IMG/VR virus record: IMGVR_UViG_3300025141_000030
Length of the DNA stretch: 64,000 bases
Reading direction: 5' to 3' (one strand)
Source of the DNA: a virus
Shown here: positions 16,568 to 27,100 of the stretch, piece after piece
Layout: each line of letters opens with the position of its first letter
How positions within the stretch are numbered: the stretch's first letter is position 1
The notes under the pieces: generated by a model
Seen by the model: only the letters and a program-made list of their open reading frames with translations
Told to the model about the DNA's origin: nothing
Databases searched by the model: none
Program-made: the position numbers and the translations under genes

Positions 16568-19500
16568 ATGGCTAATAAAACACAAATGAGGCTCCAGCAG
16601 CTCACCGGATCACTTATTGATCTGGCGTACTCAGGATCAAACTCAAGCGCAGCATCTGCGGCGGCTATCGTCGACACCGATCTCGGCGCTGTCCTGGGCC
16701 AGTTCGCTGGTGCCATCGGGCGTATTTCCGGTAAGAATAGCACCGGAACTAGCGCCTTTACCAATGTGACTGCGGGTCACTTTCACCAAAATTTACACGT
16801 TACAGGTGCACTTCTCGACTTTAACCAGGCCACTGAAATTAAGACAGCTGCCGGTAATTTAACACTCGAATCCGCCGCTGACATCATCCTCGATGCCAAG
16901 GACGCTGACGTCAGCTTTAAGGATGACGGTACTGCGTTTGTCAAGTTTACAAACAGCTCAGGCGACTGCGAGATTATAAACGGTTCTGCTGACGGAGACA
17001 TTAAGTTTAAAGACGCCGGTGGTAACGAGGTCTTCCGAATGGACGGCGGTGAGGAGTCCCTCCTCATGGCATCCGGCAAGAAGCTAATGCTTGGTGCAGC
17101 AGAGGAGTATGTCTCCGGTGACGGCACCGATATCACGTTCGTGGTCGGAGCAGGCGGCGACATCAACCTTCCAGCTGACATCGGACTTACTTTCGGAGAC
17201 GACGGTGAGAAGATTGAGGGCGACGGAACTAACCTGGCGATCGCTTCTAGCGGTGAGCTTGACCTTACGGCTACTGGATTGATTGATATTAATGGTTCTG
17301 CGAACCTTGATGTTGATATTACAGGCACAGTCGCGATAGACGCTACCTCGACATTCTCTGTGGATGCAGTCGGAACTTCTAATGTTACAACCAATGGCGC
17401 ACTGACACTTTCGGGATCGACTGGCATTAATGTCTACTCCCATGGTGGCGATGTGGACATTGACTCAACAAACGGCGCGGTCGACCTAGTCGCGGGCACA
17501 ACGGTCAGCATTGATGGAGCTTCTGGTATTAATCTTGGAACCTCTGCTGATACCGCAATCGACGTCGACTCGTCGACCTTCGACCTCGATGCCTCTGGCG
17601 CAATCACAATTGATGCATCCGCAGCCGGTATCTCTCTCGATGCTGCTGCTGCTTCTAACTTCAGTACTTCTGCTGGTGCACTAACACTTACTTCAGCTGC
17701 TGCGACCACCTGGTCGACTTCAGCCGGCGCGCTTGTGATAGATGGTGCTGCTGGTCTAACCCTGGACTCTGACGGTACTGATGCAGTCAATCTTGGTACT
17801 GAGGCTGTGGCAAAGACAATTACTATCGGCAATGCTGCGTCGACTAAGGTCGATATCAATGCATTGGCACTCGATTTTGATTCGGCTGCTGCAACTGATA
17901 TTCTGGCTGCGACAACTCTCACCGCGAAGGGTGCCACTGGTGCTTCTTTCGGTGATGACACTGGTACATGGGAATTTGATGGATCAGGTGCACTGTCTGA
18001 GACAGGAGTGACCACAGTTTCAATCACACCGTCAAGTACTTTTGACATTGACGCTGGTGGAGCTGTGACTATTGATGGATCTGCTATCACCATAGGCGCA
18101 GATGATTCTGGTGTCGCGATTGTCCTGGGTCACGGAACGTCCGAAGTGAGTGTGATGGATAACCTGACCATTTACGGTGACCTAACAGTTAAGGGCACTG
18201 AGCACATAATTGACTCCGACCACCTCCGGGTTAAGGATCCACTTATTATTCTCGGTTCCGGCTCTCTCGGTATTAGCTCGATGGGTGCCATTGGTTTTGC
18301 CTCTGGTTCCAGCACTGCTAAACAGTCACTAATCTTTGGTAACCTCGGGGTAACCGCGGCGAATACTTTCGCTGTTGCCAGGCAGGATATTCAGGATGGT
18401 GAGCTGGCTTCCAGTTCATTGGACTACAGCAACCTGGTTAACTTCCGCGCGGCTAGGTTAGAGGCTGGCAACGGCAGTAACTTCCTGAACCTCGACGGTG
18501 GTAATCTTGGTGTTACATCCTCGGCCGATATTCGCTTGAATGCTGGATCTGAGATCGTTCTCGATCCGAACGGTGGTACAGTTATATTCCAGCAAGCCGG
18601 GACGACCTCAGGACATATCTCTGCAGATGGTTCCGACCTCAAATTTGAGGATGCCAGCCAGACTGAGATATTCAGGCTTGATTCCGATCAGGACTCTCTC
18701 CTCATGGCCGGTAGTAATAAGCTCCAGTTTGCCGATTCCAATTCTTACATAAATCAAGATGGTACAGACCTTCAGCTTGTTACGACCACTGATATTAACC
18801 TTAAGCCTGCTGCTGACCTACTGGTCGACGCTGGTGGTGATGTCATTCTCGATGCTGGCGGTACAAATGTTGTCTTCAAGTCTGCTGGAAATCAGATGCT
18901 TGATATCACGTATGATGGCGGCGACGCTCTGTTCAAGGATGCAGACGGCACTGAGATCTTCCGAATCGATAAGTCTGCTGACTCACTACTGATGGCTTCT
19001 GGTAAAAAGATTGAGCTTGGCGATGCGAATAACTCTTTGGTCTATGATGGGACTGATGTCATCATCGATGCCGCGAATGACATTCGGCTTGATGCTGGTG
19101 CCGGTGAGTGGCAATTCTATGAAGGTGGAGAAAGTAAGTTCCTTCTAAACAACAGCTCAGGCGATTTGATCCTGTCGCAGTCGACGGCTGCAAAGGACTT
19201 TATTTTTAATGTAAATCCTTCCGGTGGTAGTTCTACTGAGTACTTCCGGATCGCTTCCAGTAACGCTGAGGTTGTCGTCAATGAAGGCAGTTCCAACTCT
19301 ATTGACTTCCGAGTTGAGACTGGTAACTATGCCAATGCATTATTTGTAGATGCTGCTCAAGACGCCATCGGTATGGGTTCTGTTGACGGCTCTTCAATGG
19401 CAAATACAAACGCGGTACTTAACATTAGCGCCTCATACCCAAGCGTTGGTGGGCTCCAGCTCAGCGGCGACGGTGGAGCTTCTGTCAGTCTAGGTGACTT

Positions 19501-21133
19501 CCTGCAGGTGGTCAGTGGAACTGCACAGACAGAGACGCTGGTTATTAATAATGAGGGCGCGTTGCAGATTGCATCTGCCATGGCTCTTAGCTTTAACGGT
19601 AGTACTAACACCATGAAGATTACCGCCAACAACGGAAGTAACATGAACATTAACGCTCCCGGTGACATCGTCTTTAACGCCGGCGGTCTAAATGTCAGTC
19701 CTGAGAATTCAGCCATTTCACTCGGCGCTACAGATGCTGAGTGGGCTAACGTCTATACAGGATTAACGGGTTCCCTCTTCCTGGGTATCACCCAGCAGCA
19801 CTCCATTGCTGACGGCAATACTGGCCTCCTGATCGACTCCTCGGAGGCGATTGAGATCAACTCGTCAGCTGGCCCGATCAAGATTGGTAGCGATGATATC
19901 GACCAGGACATCACCTTCGGTGCTCAGGGTGTGAGGACGATTACAGTCGGTAACGATGCCTCAACAAAGGTTGACGTTAATGCGTTAGCCATTGAGCTGG
20001 ATTCTGCTGGAACAATTGTGACGAATTCTGTCACAACCACTGATATCGTTGCTGCTACTGCACTGACTTTAACTGCTGGTGCAGCTTCGACCTGGTCGAC
20101 CTCTGCAGGCGATCTTACTATTGATGCTGCTGCGGCCTCTCTCGTTCTAGATAGCGGCGAGGCCTCCACGGCAGATTCAGTTCGGATTGTTGCGTCTCAC
20201 GCGGCTGGCGGAATTGACATGGACTCCGGAACTAGTGGTTACAACAACACCTCGACGGGTGCCTTACAGTTGACTTCGTCGGTGGCATTGCATGACGCCG
20301 GCATCGCGATTGTGGCTTCCGGCGAGGAGTCAGGCCTAGTGATTGAGGCTGCGGGCAATATTGAGGTCTATGTTGGCGGCAACACCGTCGACAGCGGCTA
20401 CGGTGCTTTCGCAGTGCTGTCAGGTTCTGCTGTCGACAACTCCGACAACACATTCACATTGTTGACGGCCGAGCCTTCGACTACTCCTAACCAGGGTGTG
20501 ATCGTCATGGGTCTGCTCGACGCGGAGGCCGTGACAGCAGCCGAGGGCGGAGGTAAGAACGGCTCGCTGCTGTTCGGTTCATCGTCGATGAACGGTTTTA
20601 GTGCTGTTGTTCGCTCTGCCGAAAATGGCTCTATGCTAAGGACCGGTGGTCAGCACCAGAGTCAGATACTGGCGATTTCCGGTTCTAAGCTTAGGTTTGC
20701 TGATGATTATGTCACGGGTTCTAACATGACGCTACCATACATGCAATTGGCAGACTCACGGGCAGAGTATAATAGCTTTGCTAGCAACTTTGGTGCTGCC
20801 AAGAGCCTAATCGGTGCTATTAATAGTAACGCCTCGGCGCAAAGTTCCGCATCGAAGGTCTCCGGATCTATTTCGGGTGTTGTGGCGGCGGGAACTGCTG
20901 TCGGCGGAGCCAATAAGGGCATGTCGACTGTTGACCTTTCGTCGCTTACTGATGAGAAGATTAGTAAGCAGGTTGACCTCTATGTTAATGGTCAGCTTTT
21001 AATGTCGGGTACCGAAGCACAGCGATCTGCTGGAAGTGCTGATTATCTCTGGTCCACTGTGGGAGCCTCTGGCGACTTCAAGCTCAGCTTTGCACTTGCC
21101 GCTGATGACGTGATTCAGGTGACTATCCGATAA
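16568..21133 (+). CDS. Giant acidic beta-repeat protein, probable virion fibre/structural protein (1521 aa)
   Basis: Strong AGGAGG RBS. Internal repeats include FxDxxGxEIFRxD..SLLMASGKK (three copies) and TWSTSAG. It shares modules with 7016 and 13529. Confidence 0.7.
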   Translation: MANKTQMRLQQLTGSLIDLAYSGSNSSAASAAAIVDTDLGAVLGQFAGAIGRISGKNSTGTSAFTNVTAGHFHQNLHVTGALLDFNQATEIKTAAGNLTLESAADIILDAKDADVSFKDDGTAFVKFTNSSGDCEIINGSADGDIKFKDAGGNEVFRMDGGEESLLMASGKKLMLGAAEEYVSGDGTDITFVVGAGGDINLPADIGLTFGDDGEKIEGDGTNLAIASSGELDLTATGLIDINGSANLDVDITGTVAIDATSTFSVDAVGTSNVTTNGALTLSGSTGINVYSHGGDVDIDSTNGAVDLVAGTTVSIDGASGINLGTSADTAIDVDSSTFDLDASGAITIDASAAGISLDAAAASNFSTSAGALTLTSAAATTWSTSAGALVIDGAAGLTLDSDGTDAVNLGTEAVAKTITIGNAASTKVDINALALDFDSAAATDILAATTLTAKGATGASFGDDTGTWEFDGSGALSETGVTTVSITPSSTFDIDAGGAVTIDGSAITIGADDSGVAIVLGHGTSEVSVMDNLTIYGDLTVKGTEHIIDSDHLRVKDPLIILGSGSLGISSMGAIGFASGSSTAKQSLIFGNLGVTAANTFAVARQDIQDGELASSSLDYSNLVNFRAARLEAGNGSNFLNLDGGNLGVTSSADIRLNAGSEIVLDPNGGTVIFQQAGTTSGHISADGSDLKFEDASQTEIFRLDSDQDSLLMAGSNKLQFADSNSYINQDGTDLQLVTTTDINLKPAADLLVDAGGDVILDAGGTNVVFKSAGNQMLDITYDGGDALFKDADGTEIFRIDKSADSLLMASGKKIELGDANNSLVYDGTDVIIDAANDIRLDAGAGEWQFYEGGESKFLLNNSSGDLILSQSTAAKDFIFNVNPSGGSSTEYFRIASSNAEVVVNEGSSNSIDFRVETGNYANALFVDAAQDAIGMGSVDGSSMANTNAVLNISASYPSVGGLQLSGDGGASVSLGDFLQVVSGTAQTETLVINNEGALQIASAMALSFNGSTNTMKITANNGSNMNINAPGDIVFNAGGLNVSPENSAISLGATDAEWANVYTGLTGSLFLGITQQHSIADGNTGLLIDSSEAIEINSSAGPIKIGSDDIDQDITFGAQGVRTITVGNDASTKVDVNALAIELDSAGTIVTNSVTTTDIVAATALTLTAGAASTWSTSAGDLTIDAAAASLVLDSGEASTADSVRIVASHAAGGIDMDSGTSGYNNTSTGALQLTSSVALHDAGIAIVASGEESGLVIEAAGNIEVYVGGNTVDSGYGAFAVLSGSAVDNSDNTFTLLTAEPSTTPNQGVIVMGLLDAEAVTAAEGGGKNGSLLFGSSSMNGFSAVVRSAENGSMLRTGGQHQSQILAISGSKLRFADDYVTGSNMTLPYMQLADSRAEYNSFASNFGAAKSLIGAINSNASAQSSASKVSGSISGVVAAGTAVGGANKGMSTVDLSSLTDEKISKQVDLYVNGQLLMSGTEAQRSAGSADYLWSTVGASGDFKLSFALAADDVIQVTIR

Positions 21134-21164
21134 TTCGGACTGTCATTACTGAGATATAAAAACT

Positions 21165-21201
21165 TGGCGGGTGGGACTTGTTCCCACCCGCCATTTTATT
21201 T
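21165..21201 (+). terminator. Rho-independent terminator
   Basis: 12-bp stem TGGCGGGTGGGA / TCCCACCCGCCA with loop CTTGT, followed by TTTTATTT, just after the stop of 16568..21133. Confidence 0.9.
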
Positions 21202-21245
21202 ACCCTTAACGTGTTCTATATTATAATGCATGGGTACTTATATTT

Positions 21246-21794
21246 GTGGAGGAACAGAGCAGAATGACTGAAGCATATGATGAAGAGATTTTAAAGCTTG
21301 AGGCCAAGATCGAGGGCTATGACACCCTTGAGTCAATATTAGGCTCGAAGATGCAGGACATAAAAATTGCAGGCCAGCTTAAGGATCAATATTATGCCCA
21401 TTGCATGAAGATGGTAAGTAGCATAAGAAATGATATGTCAGACGCAAAGAAGGCTGCTGTTTTGGCTGACACACCGAATGCAGCCGTTTCAGTTTTGTGC
21501 GACGCTTTTTCTAGGATAGAGGATATATTATTGGAATACCTTAGGGAGCAGGCACAAAATGCGACTACTGATTCAGGAGCCCTTTCTCTTTTAAGGCCGC
21601 TTATTACATACTTAAATGAAACAACTGCAGGCGCTAACGAAAAAATAGAAGCGTACCAGAGAATGCTAGATGATCCTGCTCTCGCGGAGGAAGTTAAGAT
21701 TCGTCGTACCATTGGCGCTCACCCGGAGAAGCTTAGAAATAAGCGCGCGTTTAAGGAAGTCAATAGCAGCGGTTCTAAGGATCCTGAAGAATGA
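21246..21794 (+). CDS. Hypothetical helical protein
   Basis: 182-aa ORF after TTTACC-N17-TATAAT; ATGA overlap with the next gene. Confidence 0.65.
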   Translation: MEEQSRMTEAYDEEILKLEAKIEGYDTLESILGSKMQDIKIAGQLKDQYYAHCMKMVSSIRNDMSDAKKAAVLADTPNAAVSVLCDAFSRIEDILLEYLREQAQNATTDSGALSLLRPLITYLNETTAGANEKIEAYQRMLDDPALAEEVKIRRTIGAHPEKLRNKRAFKEVNSSGSKDPEE

Positions 21795-22222
21795 GCATAA
21801 AACTTTTGAAGCAGGTAAACTTTGGTCAATCCCAAGGAGGCCTTTCCACTGTGGGTTTTACGTTAATTGACGGAGTTGGAGTCGCATCCGGTTCACGCTC
21901 CACCACAGGAGTTCATGAGGTTGGTACATCTACTGGTATTTACGCGGCACAGATAACTTTCACAACTCAGTTTAGTGGCTCTATTTTATGGGATACTGGA
22001 AGTGGTGATCCAGCTTACGCTGCTGAGCAGTACAATCCGACCGCAGAGAACATAGAGTTTATTAAGGATATCGAGGGAGGCCGATGGACTATTGATAGTG
22101 ACACAAATCAGATGGTATTTTATAAGGCTGATAATGTCACCGAGGTTGCCAGGTTTGACCTACAGGACTCAGCTGGCAGTGCTTCTGTAAGCGAGGTATT
22201 CTCACGACTGCGAGGCAGTTAA
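21791..22222 (+). CDS. Hypothetical beta-rich protein, possibly virion-associated
   Basis: Ser/Gly/Thr-rich with SGS motifs like the fibre-like proteins. Confidence 0.6.
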   Translation: MSIKLLKQVNFGQSQGGLSTVGFTLIDGVGVASGSRSTTGVHEVGTSTGIYAAQITFTTQFSGSILWDTGSGDPAYAAEQYNPTAENIEFIKDIEGGRWTIDSDTNQMVFYKADNVTEVARFDLQDSAGSASVSEVFSRLRGS

Positions 22223-22223
22223 T

Positions 22224-22595
22224 TTGCCCGCAGTTTCTCCAATTGTCACTCGTGGTTTTTCTGCCAATCAACGAATTATTACGCGTGGATATGGTCCTGG
22301 ATTTATTCCAGCCGTAGCCGAGGCTGTTCGTGCTACTTTTGGAGGGACTAAGCGCAAGTTAAAGGAGTATCATGAGGAGCTCCGAGAGTTTACGGTGACT
22401 GCTATGCTGATTGCCGTTAACGGAACAGATATGCTTGATCCTAAGTCAGGCAAGGCATCCGGTGAAATAACTGACCTTGATGTCAAGATGACAGCCACCT
22501 TTAAGGCTATTAATAGGTTAGGTTACTTAACTGAGCGCATAATTATAAATGCCTTTAGAGTTGTGCGAAGAGGTTTTAAGAAGATTGAGGATTAG
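22224..22595 (+). CDS. Hypothetical protein
   Basis: TTG start with GAGG RBS; short IxTRG(F/Y) repeat at the N-terminus. Confidence 0.55.
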   Translation: MPAVSPIVTRGFSANQRIITRGYGPGFIPAVAEAVRATFGGTKRKLKEYHEELREFTVTAMLIAVNGTDMLDPKSGKASGEITDLDVKMTATFKAINRLGYLTERIIINAFRVVRRGFKKIED

Positions 22596-22597
22596 TT

Positions 22598-23113
22598 ATG
22601 GCCGATTTTGATGTTCACCTTGACGAAGAAAATGAATTGAGGTTTAATATAACCACCGAGGGGACGGATGCCACTGCATCCATCAAAACCAGGATGGTCC
22701 TTGAGTCCAGTAAGATGGACTTTATGTTTCCAGGGACTTCCATTCCTGGAGGAGAGGTCACCGTCATTGTTCCAAGCTTGAAGGGTGTCTTAAACGAGGG
22801 CCTCTACAATACACGACTTGAGGTGCTTATTGATGACAGGATTTTTACTCCTTTGGAGCTGACGGCGAATTTTAAACAGTCGGTCAAAGTCGTTGCTGAG
22901 GCTGTTGTTACCCGAAGGCCTTCACACCCGAGTGTTCGTGCCAATGTCGTCCGTGTTAATCCTTCACAAAAGTCAAAGCCCGTTAAAAATTCCTTAACTG
23001 AATCACCAAATTTACCTAAAATAGGTAAGAAGGATAAGGCGAGTAATACTTCTGGCTCAAGGAATGAAGAGCTGCGTGATTTGTTACGCCGAGTAATCAA
23101 GAAACAAGGGTAA
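22598..23113 (+). CDS. Hypothetical protein (Ig-like N-domain plus basic tail)
   Basis: GAGGA RBS; beta-strand-rich N-terminus. Confidence 0.6.
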   Translation: MADFDVHLDEENELRFNITTEGTDATASIKTRMVLESSKMDFMFPGTSIPGGEVTVIVPSLKGVLNEGLYNTRLEVLIDDRIFTPLELTANFKQSVKVVAEAVVTRRPSHPSVRANVVRVNPSQKSKPVKNSLTESPNLPKIGKKDKASNTSGSRNEELRDLLRRVIKKQG

Positions 23114-23115
23114 AA

Positions 23116-23352
23116 ATGATTGAGGCGGTAATTTTGGTTTATGTACTGCTGTGCGCAGCACATGTTATGTGGCATGCATTAAGTGCCTCCCAGTCACATC
23201 AGCTTTCTAATTTGGCTCGTGGTAAAGAGTTGACACAATTTTATAACATAAGGGCTAGGCAGTCTCTTTCACATTTAAAATGGGCACCCCTCTGGCCAGT
23301 TCCCCTGCTTAGGGGATTGATTGCATTGCTAAAGTGGCACTTTTCAAGGTGA
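23116..23352 (+). CDS. Small membrane protein
   Basis: Hydrophobic N-terminal segment and a WAPLWPV C-terminal segment. Confidence 0.5.
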   Translation: MIEAVILVYVLLCAAHVMWHALSASQSHQLSNLARGKELTQFYNIRARQSLSHLKWAPLWPVPLLRGLIALLKWHFSR

Positions 23353-23359
23353 GTTTTGT

Positions 23360-24157
23360 GTGGCCTCTAAGTTTCGAAGTCAGCTTAAGCCAAACGATGA
23401 TCGGCGCCTTAAGAAGCTAACATATCAGTTAAAGTTTTTACGTGAGGAATCTCTAGAAAGAAATGAGTTTCTTTCCCTGTACAGGTTAGAGCTTCGCGAA
23501 GCGCTATCAGAGTATCTTGCAGAGCTTGGACTTATAGATTCTTCATCAAGCGATCCGGGTGATCCACCTGCACCACCCGATTCAGGAATAGTTCATGACG
23601 ATAATTTTGATGTGCATCCTAAAGAAGAGGATGGCTCGGAAGATGACGAGGAGTCTGAAGACCTCACAGAGCTAAAAAAACTTTATCGAAAAATTGTTAC
23701 CTTCACACACCCAGACAAAGTGCAGCACATGACTGATCTCACTACTGAGGAAAAGCTGGACAGGGCTCAGATATATCGCCAGGCCTGTGAGGCATTTGAG
23801 CTTAGAAGGATGGATGATCTCATTGAGCTGGCCGTGTACCTGGGAATTGACGTTGATATTCCAACGTCTGTTAAGATTGATAGAATTCAGAACCAGATAG
23901 ATCGAATAACGACAGAGTTGGATTCGATGGCTAGCATGATCGAGTGGGTATGGGGAAATAACTTTGGTAATAACTTGGTTCGTGCGCGAATACTTGGAGC
24001 TGTGTGTCACCAGGTGGGAGTAGAACATCAGGATGATGAAAAGCTTATTGATTTTATAAGTCGATATGACAGTGAAGAGGCTCGAGCTAATCGCCGTAAA
24101 GTGGGTACCCGTCCTGAGAGGCGAGGTCATGGCGAGGCTCCGAAAAGACGTGAATGA
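23360..24157 (+). CDS. J-domain (DnaJ-like) co-chaperone protein
   Basis: LKKLYRKIVTFTHPDK carries the J-domain helix II and the HPD motif. Confidence 0.7.
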   Translation: MASKFRSQLKPNDDRRLKKLTYQLKFLREESLERNEFLSLYRLELREALSEYLAELGLIDSSSSDPGDPPAPPDSGIVHDDNFDVHPKEEDGSEDDEESEDLTELKKLYRKIVTFTHPDKVQHMTDLTTEEKLDRAQIYRQACEAFELRRMDDLIELAVYLGIDVDIPTSVKIDRIQNQIDRITTELDSMASMIEWVWGNNFGNNLVRARILGAVCHQVGVEHQDDEKLIDFISRYDSEEARANRRKVGTRPERRGHGEAPKRRE

Positions 24158-24161
24158 TGCG

Positions 24162-24189
24162 TGTAAATCTAGCGTATTTTTGATAATAT
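24162..24189 (+). promoter_or_regulatory. Class A promoter candidate TGTAAA-N16-TAATAT upstream of dnaE
   Basis: TGTAAA 24162-24167 and TAATAT 24184-24189. The ATG is only 6 nt downstream, so the transcript may be leaderless. Confidence 0.65.
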
Positions 24190-24195
24190 TAACTC

Positions 24196-27100
24196 ATGGC
24201 AATGACTAAAGAAATTTTCTCACGGATCCGGCCCCCCGACCGGTATGTATCACTTCACAACCACAGCACATTTAGTCCTTTCGACGGCCTAGGTGAACCC
24301 AAGGAACACATTGATTTTGTGCTTTCAAATGAGATGGATTCCTGGGCCCTTACGGATCACGGCAATGGTAACGGCCTGGCACACGCTCACGCCCATGCCA
24401 AGAGGCTTAAGTCAAAGGGTCGAAATTTTAGACAGATCTACGGGGTCGAGTTTTACTTCGTGCCAGACTTAGCAGAGTGGCAACAGCAGTACAACACATA
24501 TCGTCAGGAAAAGAAGCGACCTCCAGAGTCCGAAGACGCCGGTCACGTTGTTGAGGACGCCGATGAGACCAGGTCAAAGCGTTCGGCTACTGATTCCTTT
24601 AAGAAGAGATATCATGTTGCTGTGACCGCCTATAACCACACAGGCCTCCAGAACCTATTCACGTTGGTCAAGAAGAGCTTTAAGTTTGGCTTCTATAGGT
24701 TTCCTCGTATTGACTTTAAGATGCTTAAGGAGCACTCCGAGGGCCTGACTGTGACGACTGCCTGCGTGGGCGGGTATCCCAGCGGCCTAATATATCAGAG
24801 TTTCCCCGATGTTGGATTTATGGACCTTAAGCCCGATCTTGTGGATGATCCTATTGTCATTCGAGAGATTATGGGGAGACTTGAGAACTGTGTCGATCGA
24901 TTCGTGGACGCAGTCGGCCAGGAGAATTTCTTTCTAGAGCTTCAGATGAATAAGATGAACGCCCAGAACCTGACAAATCGGTGTCTGATTGACCTCTCCC
25001 AGAAGACGGGTGTTCCTCTTGTCGTCACAAGCGACGCCCATTATCCAGGTCCAGACTACTGGGAGGCCCGAGAGCTTTATCGTAAGTTACGACCAGGCAT
25101 GCTGGATAAGGAGGGAGCCAATGTGCTACCTGCTCTTGAGGAGCTCCAGTCAGAACTATACCCGAAGAATGCCTCACAGATGTGGGAGGAGTACCAACGG
25201 CAGTATGCCGATAATGAATTCTACCAGGGCACAGAGGAACTAGTCCGTGATGCTATTGAGCGGACTCATGACATGGCCTGGCAACGGTATGAGGAGGTCT
25301 GGTTCGACCAGTCAGTTAAGCTCCCATCTTTTGACAGTCCTGAAAAGTCTGCCTTTAACCAGCTCGTTGACTTGGTCAAGGAGGGCTTGAATCGCGAGGG
25401 CCTCTCTGATAACGAGGAGTACCTACAGCGAGCGTACATGGAACTGTCAGACATTAAGTTTTTGGGCTTTGAGAATTACTTCTTAACTCTTCAAAAGACA
25501 CTGAAGGTTTCAGAGAACGGCACGCTCCCAGGTCCAGGCCGAGGCTCCGGTGCCGGATCCTTAGTCAACTATCTTTTAGACATCACGCATGTCGATCCCC
25601 TCAAGCACGATCTGCTGTGGGAGCGATTCTTGCATCGAAACAAGGCCGGCTGGCCTGATATTGACCTAGACATTGGCAATCGTGATGTGGTTATTGATGC
25701 CGCCAGGCAGCTGTTTGGTGATGATTCGGTCATCCCAGTGTCGAATTTTAACACCCTAAAACTTAAGTCGCTGGTCAAGGATGTCTCTAAGTTCTATGGC
25801 ATTCCGTTTCATGAGGTCAATGCCGTGACAGGACCGCTGGAATCCGAGGTCCAGAATAAGGCTCGCGATCCTAACATGGAGAAGTCAATGTTTGTGCTTC
25901 GACACGAGGACTGCATGAAGTACTCTTCCCGGTATCGTGAGTTCATGCAGGCATATCCACAGGTAGAGGAGAAGGTTGTTGACCTATTCATGCAGAATAG
26001 GTCCATCGGCCGCCATGCCGGTGGCGTGCTAATTTGTCCTGAGCTCGAACGACACATGCCTGTTATCAAGGTTCGCGGAGAATTTCAGACATCCTGGTCA
26101 GAGGGTGTCAATATTCGTAACCTGGAGGAGAACGGATTTTTAAAGTTTGACTTCCTAGGGCTCAAACAGATGAAGATGGTGGAGGACTGCATTAGGCAGA
26201 TTGTAGCTAAGAACCTGGGCCGAGAACCTAGTTTTAGTGAGGTCAAGGCCTTCTATGATGAAAACCTCAACTGTAGGTACCACGAGCCGGAAGATGCCAG
26301 CGTGTTTAGCTATGTCTACCAGCAGGGGCGTTGGCCTGGAATCTTTCAGTTTACTTCGACAGGGGCCCGTAAGTTCTGCGTAGCCGCACAGCCAAAAAAT
26401 ATTACCGAGCTCGCCGCGATCACTGCTATCTATCGGCCCGGCCCGCTCAAGGCCAACGTGCACATCAAGTATGTTAAGGCCAGGAGGGACCCAAGCTCAG
26501 TCGAGTTTGACCATCCGGTACTGAAGGATGTGCTAGGCCCAACCTACGGTTTTATCGTGTTTCAGGAGCAGTTCATGCTCCTGGCCCAGAAGCTCGCTGG
26601 TTTTACTCCAGGCGAGTCCGACAAGATGAGAAAGACCCTTGTCAAGAAGGACCTGACCTCCCTCGGTAAGAAGGTCACCGAGAAAGAGGAACTCCGCAAG
26701 AAGTTTGTTAGCGGCGCTGTCGAGGTTGGAAATATGCCCCGTCGTGATGCCGAGAGCCTATTTGAGAAGATTGCGTTCTTCTCACTGTACGGCTTTAATA
26801 AATCACACGCCGTGGCGTATGCCATCGCCTCCTATTATGGAGCATGGCTGATGACACACTACGAACACGAGTGGCTTTCAACCTGCCTGCAGTCTGAGAA
26901 TCACAACGTCAAGAAGCTTCCAGTCATGATTGCCGAGATTAAAAAGCTCGGATATAAGTTCGCCTCTGCTGATATTAACTTGTCAGGCCGAACGTGGACA
27001 TACTCACTCGAGGCAAAGGCTCTCGTTCCACCGCTTAGCTCATTCAAGGGTGTCGGTGATGCTGCCATGGGGGAGATCCTAGAGAATCGACCGTATCGAA

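Noticed and set aside
7267-20922. Numerous minus-strand ORFs (up to ~220 aa) opposite the giant genes
   Set aside because: Antisense shadows of repetitive Gly/Ser/Thr/Ala coding, with no RBS or family motifs.
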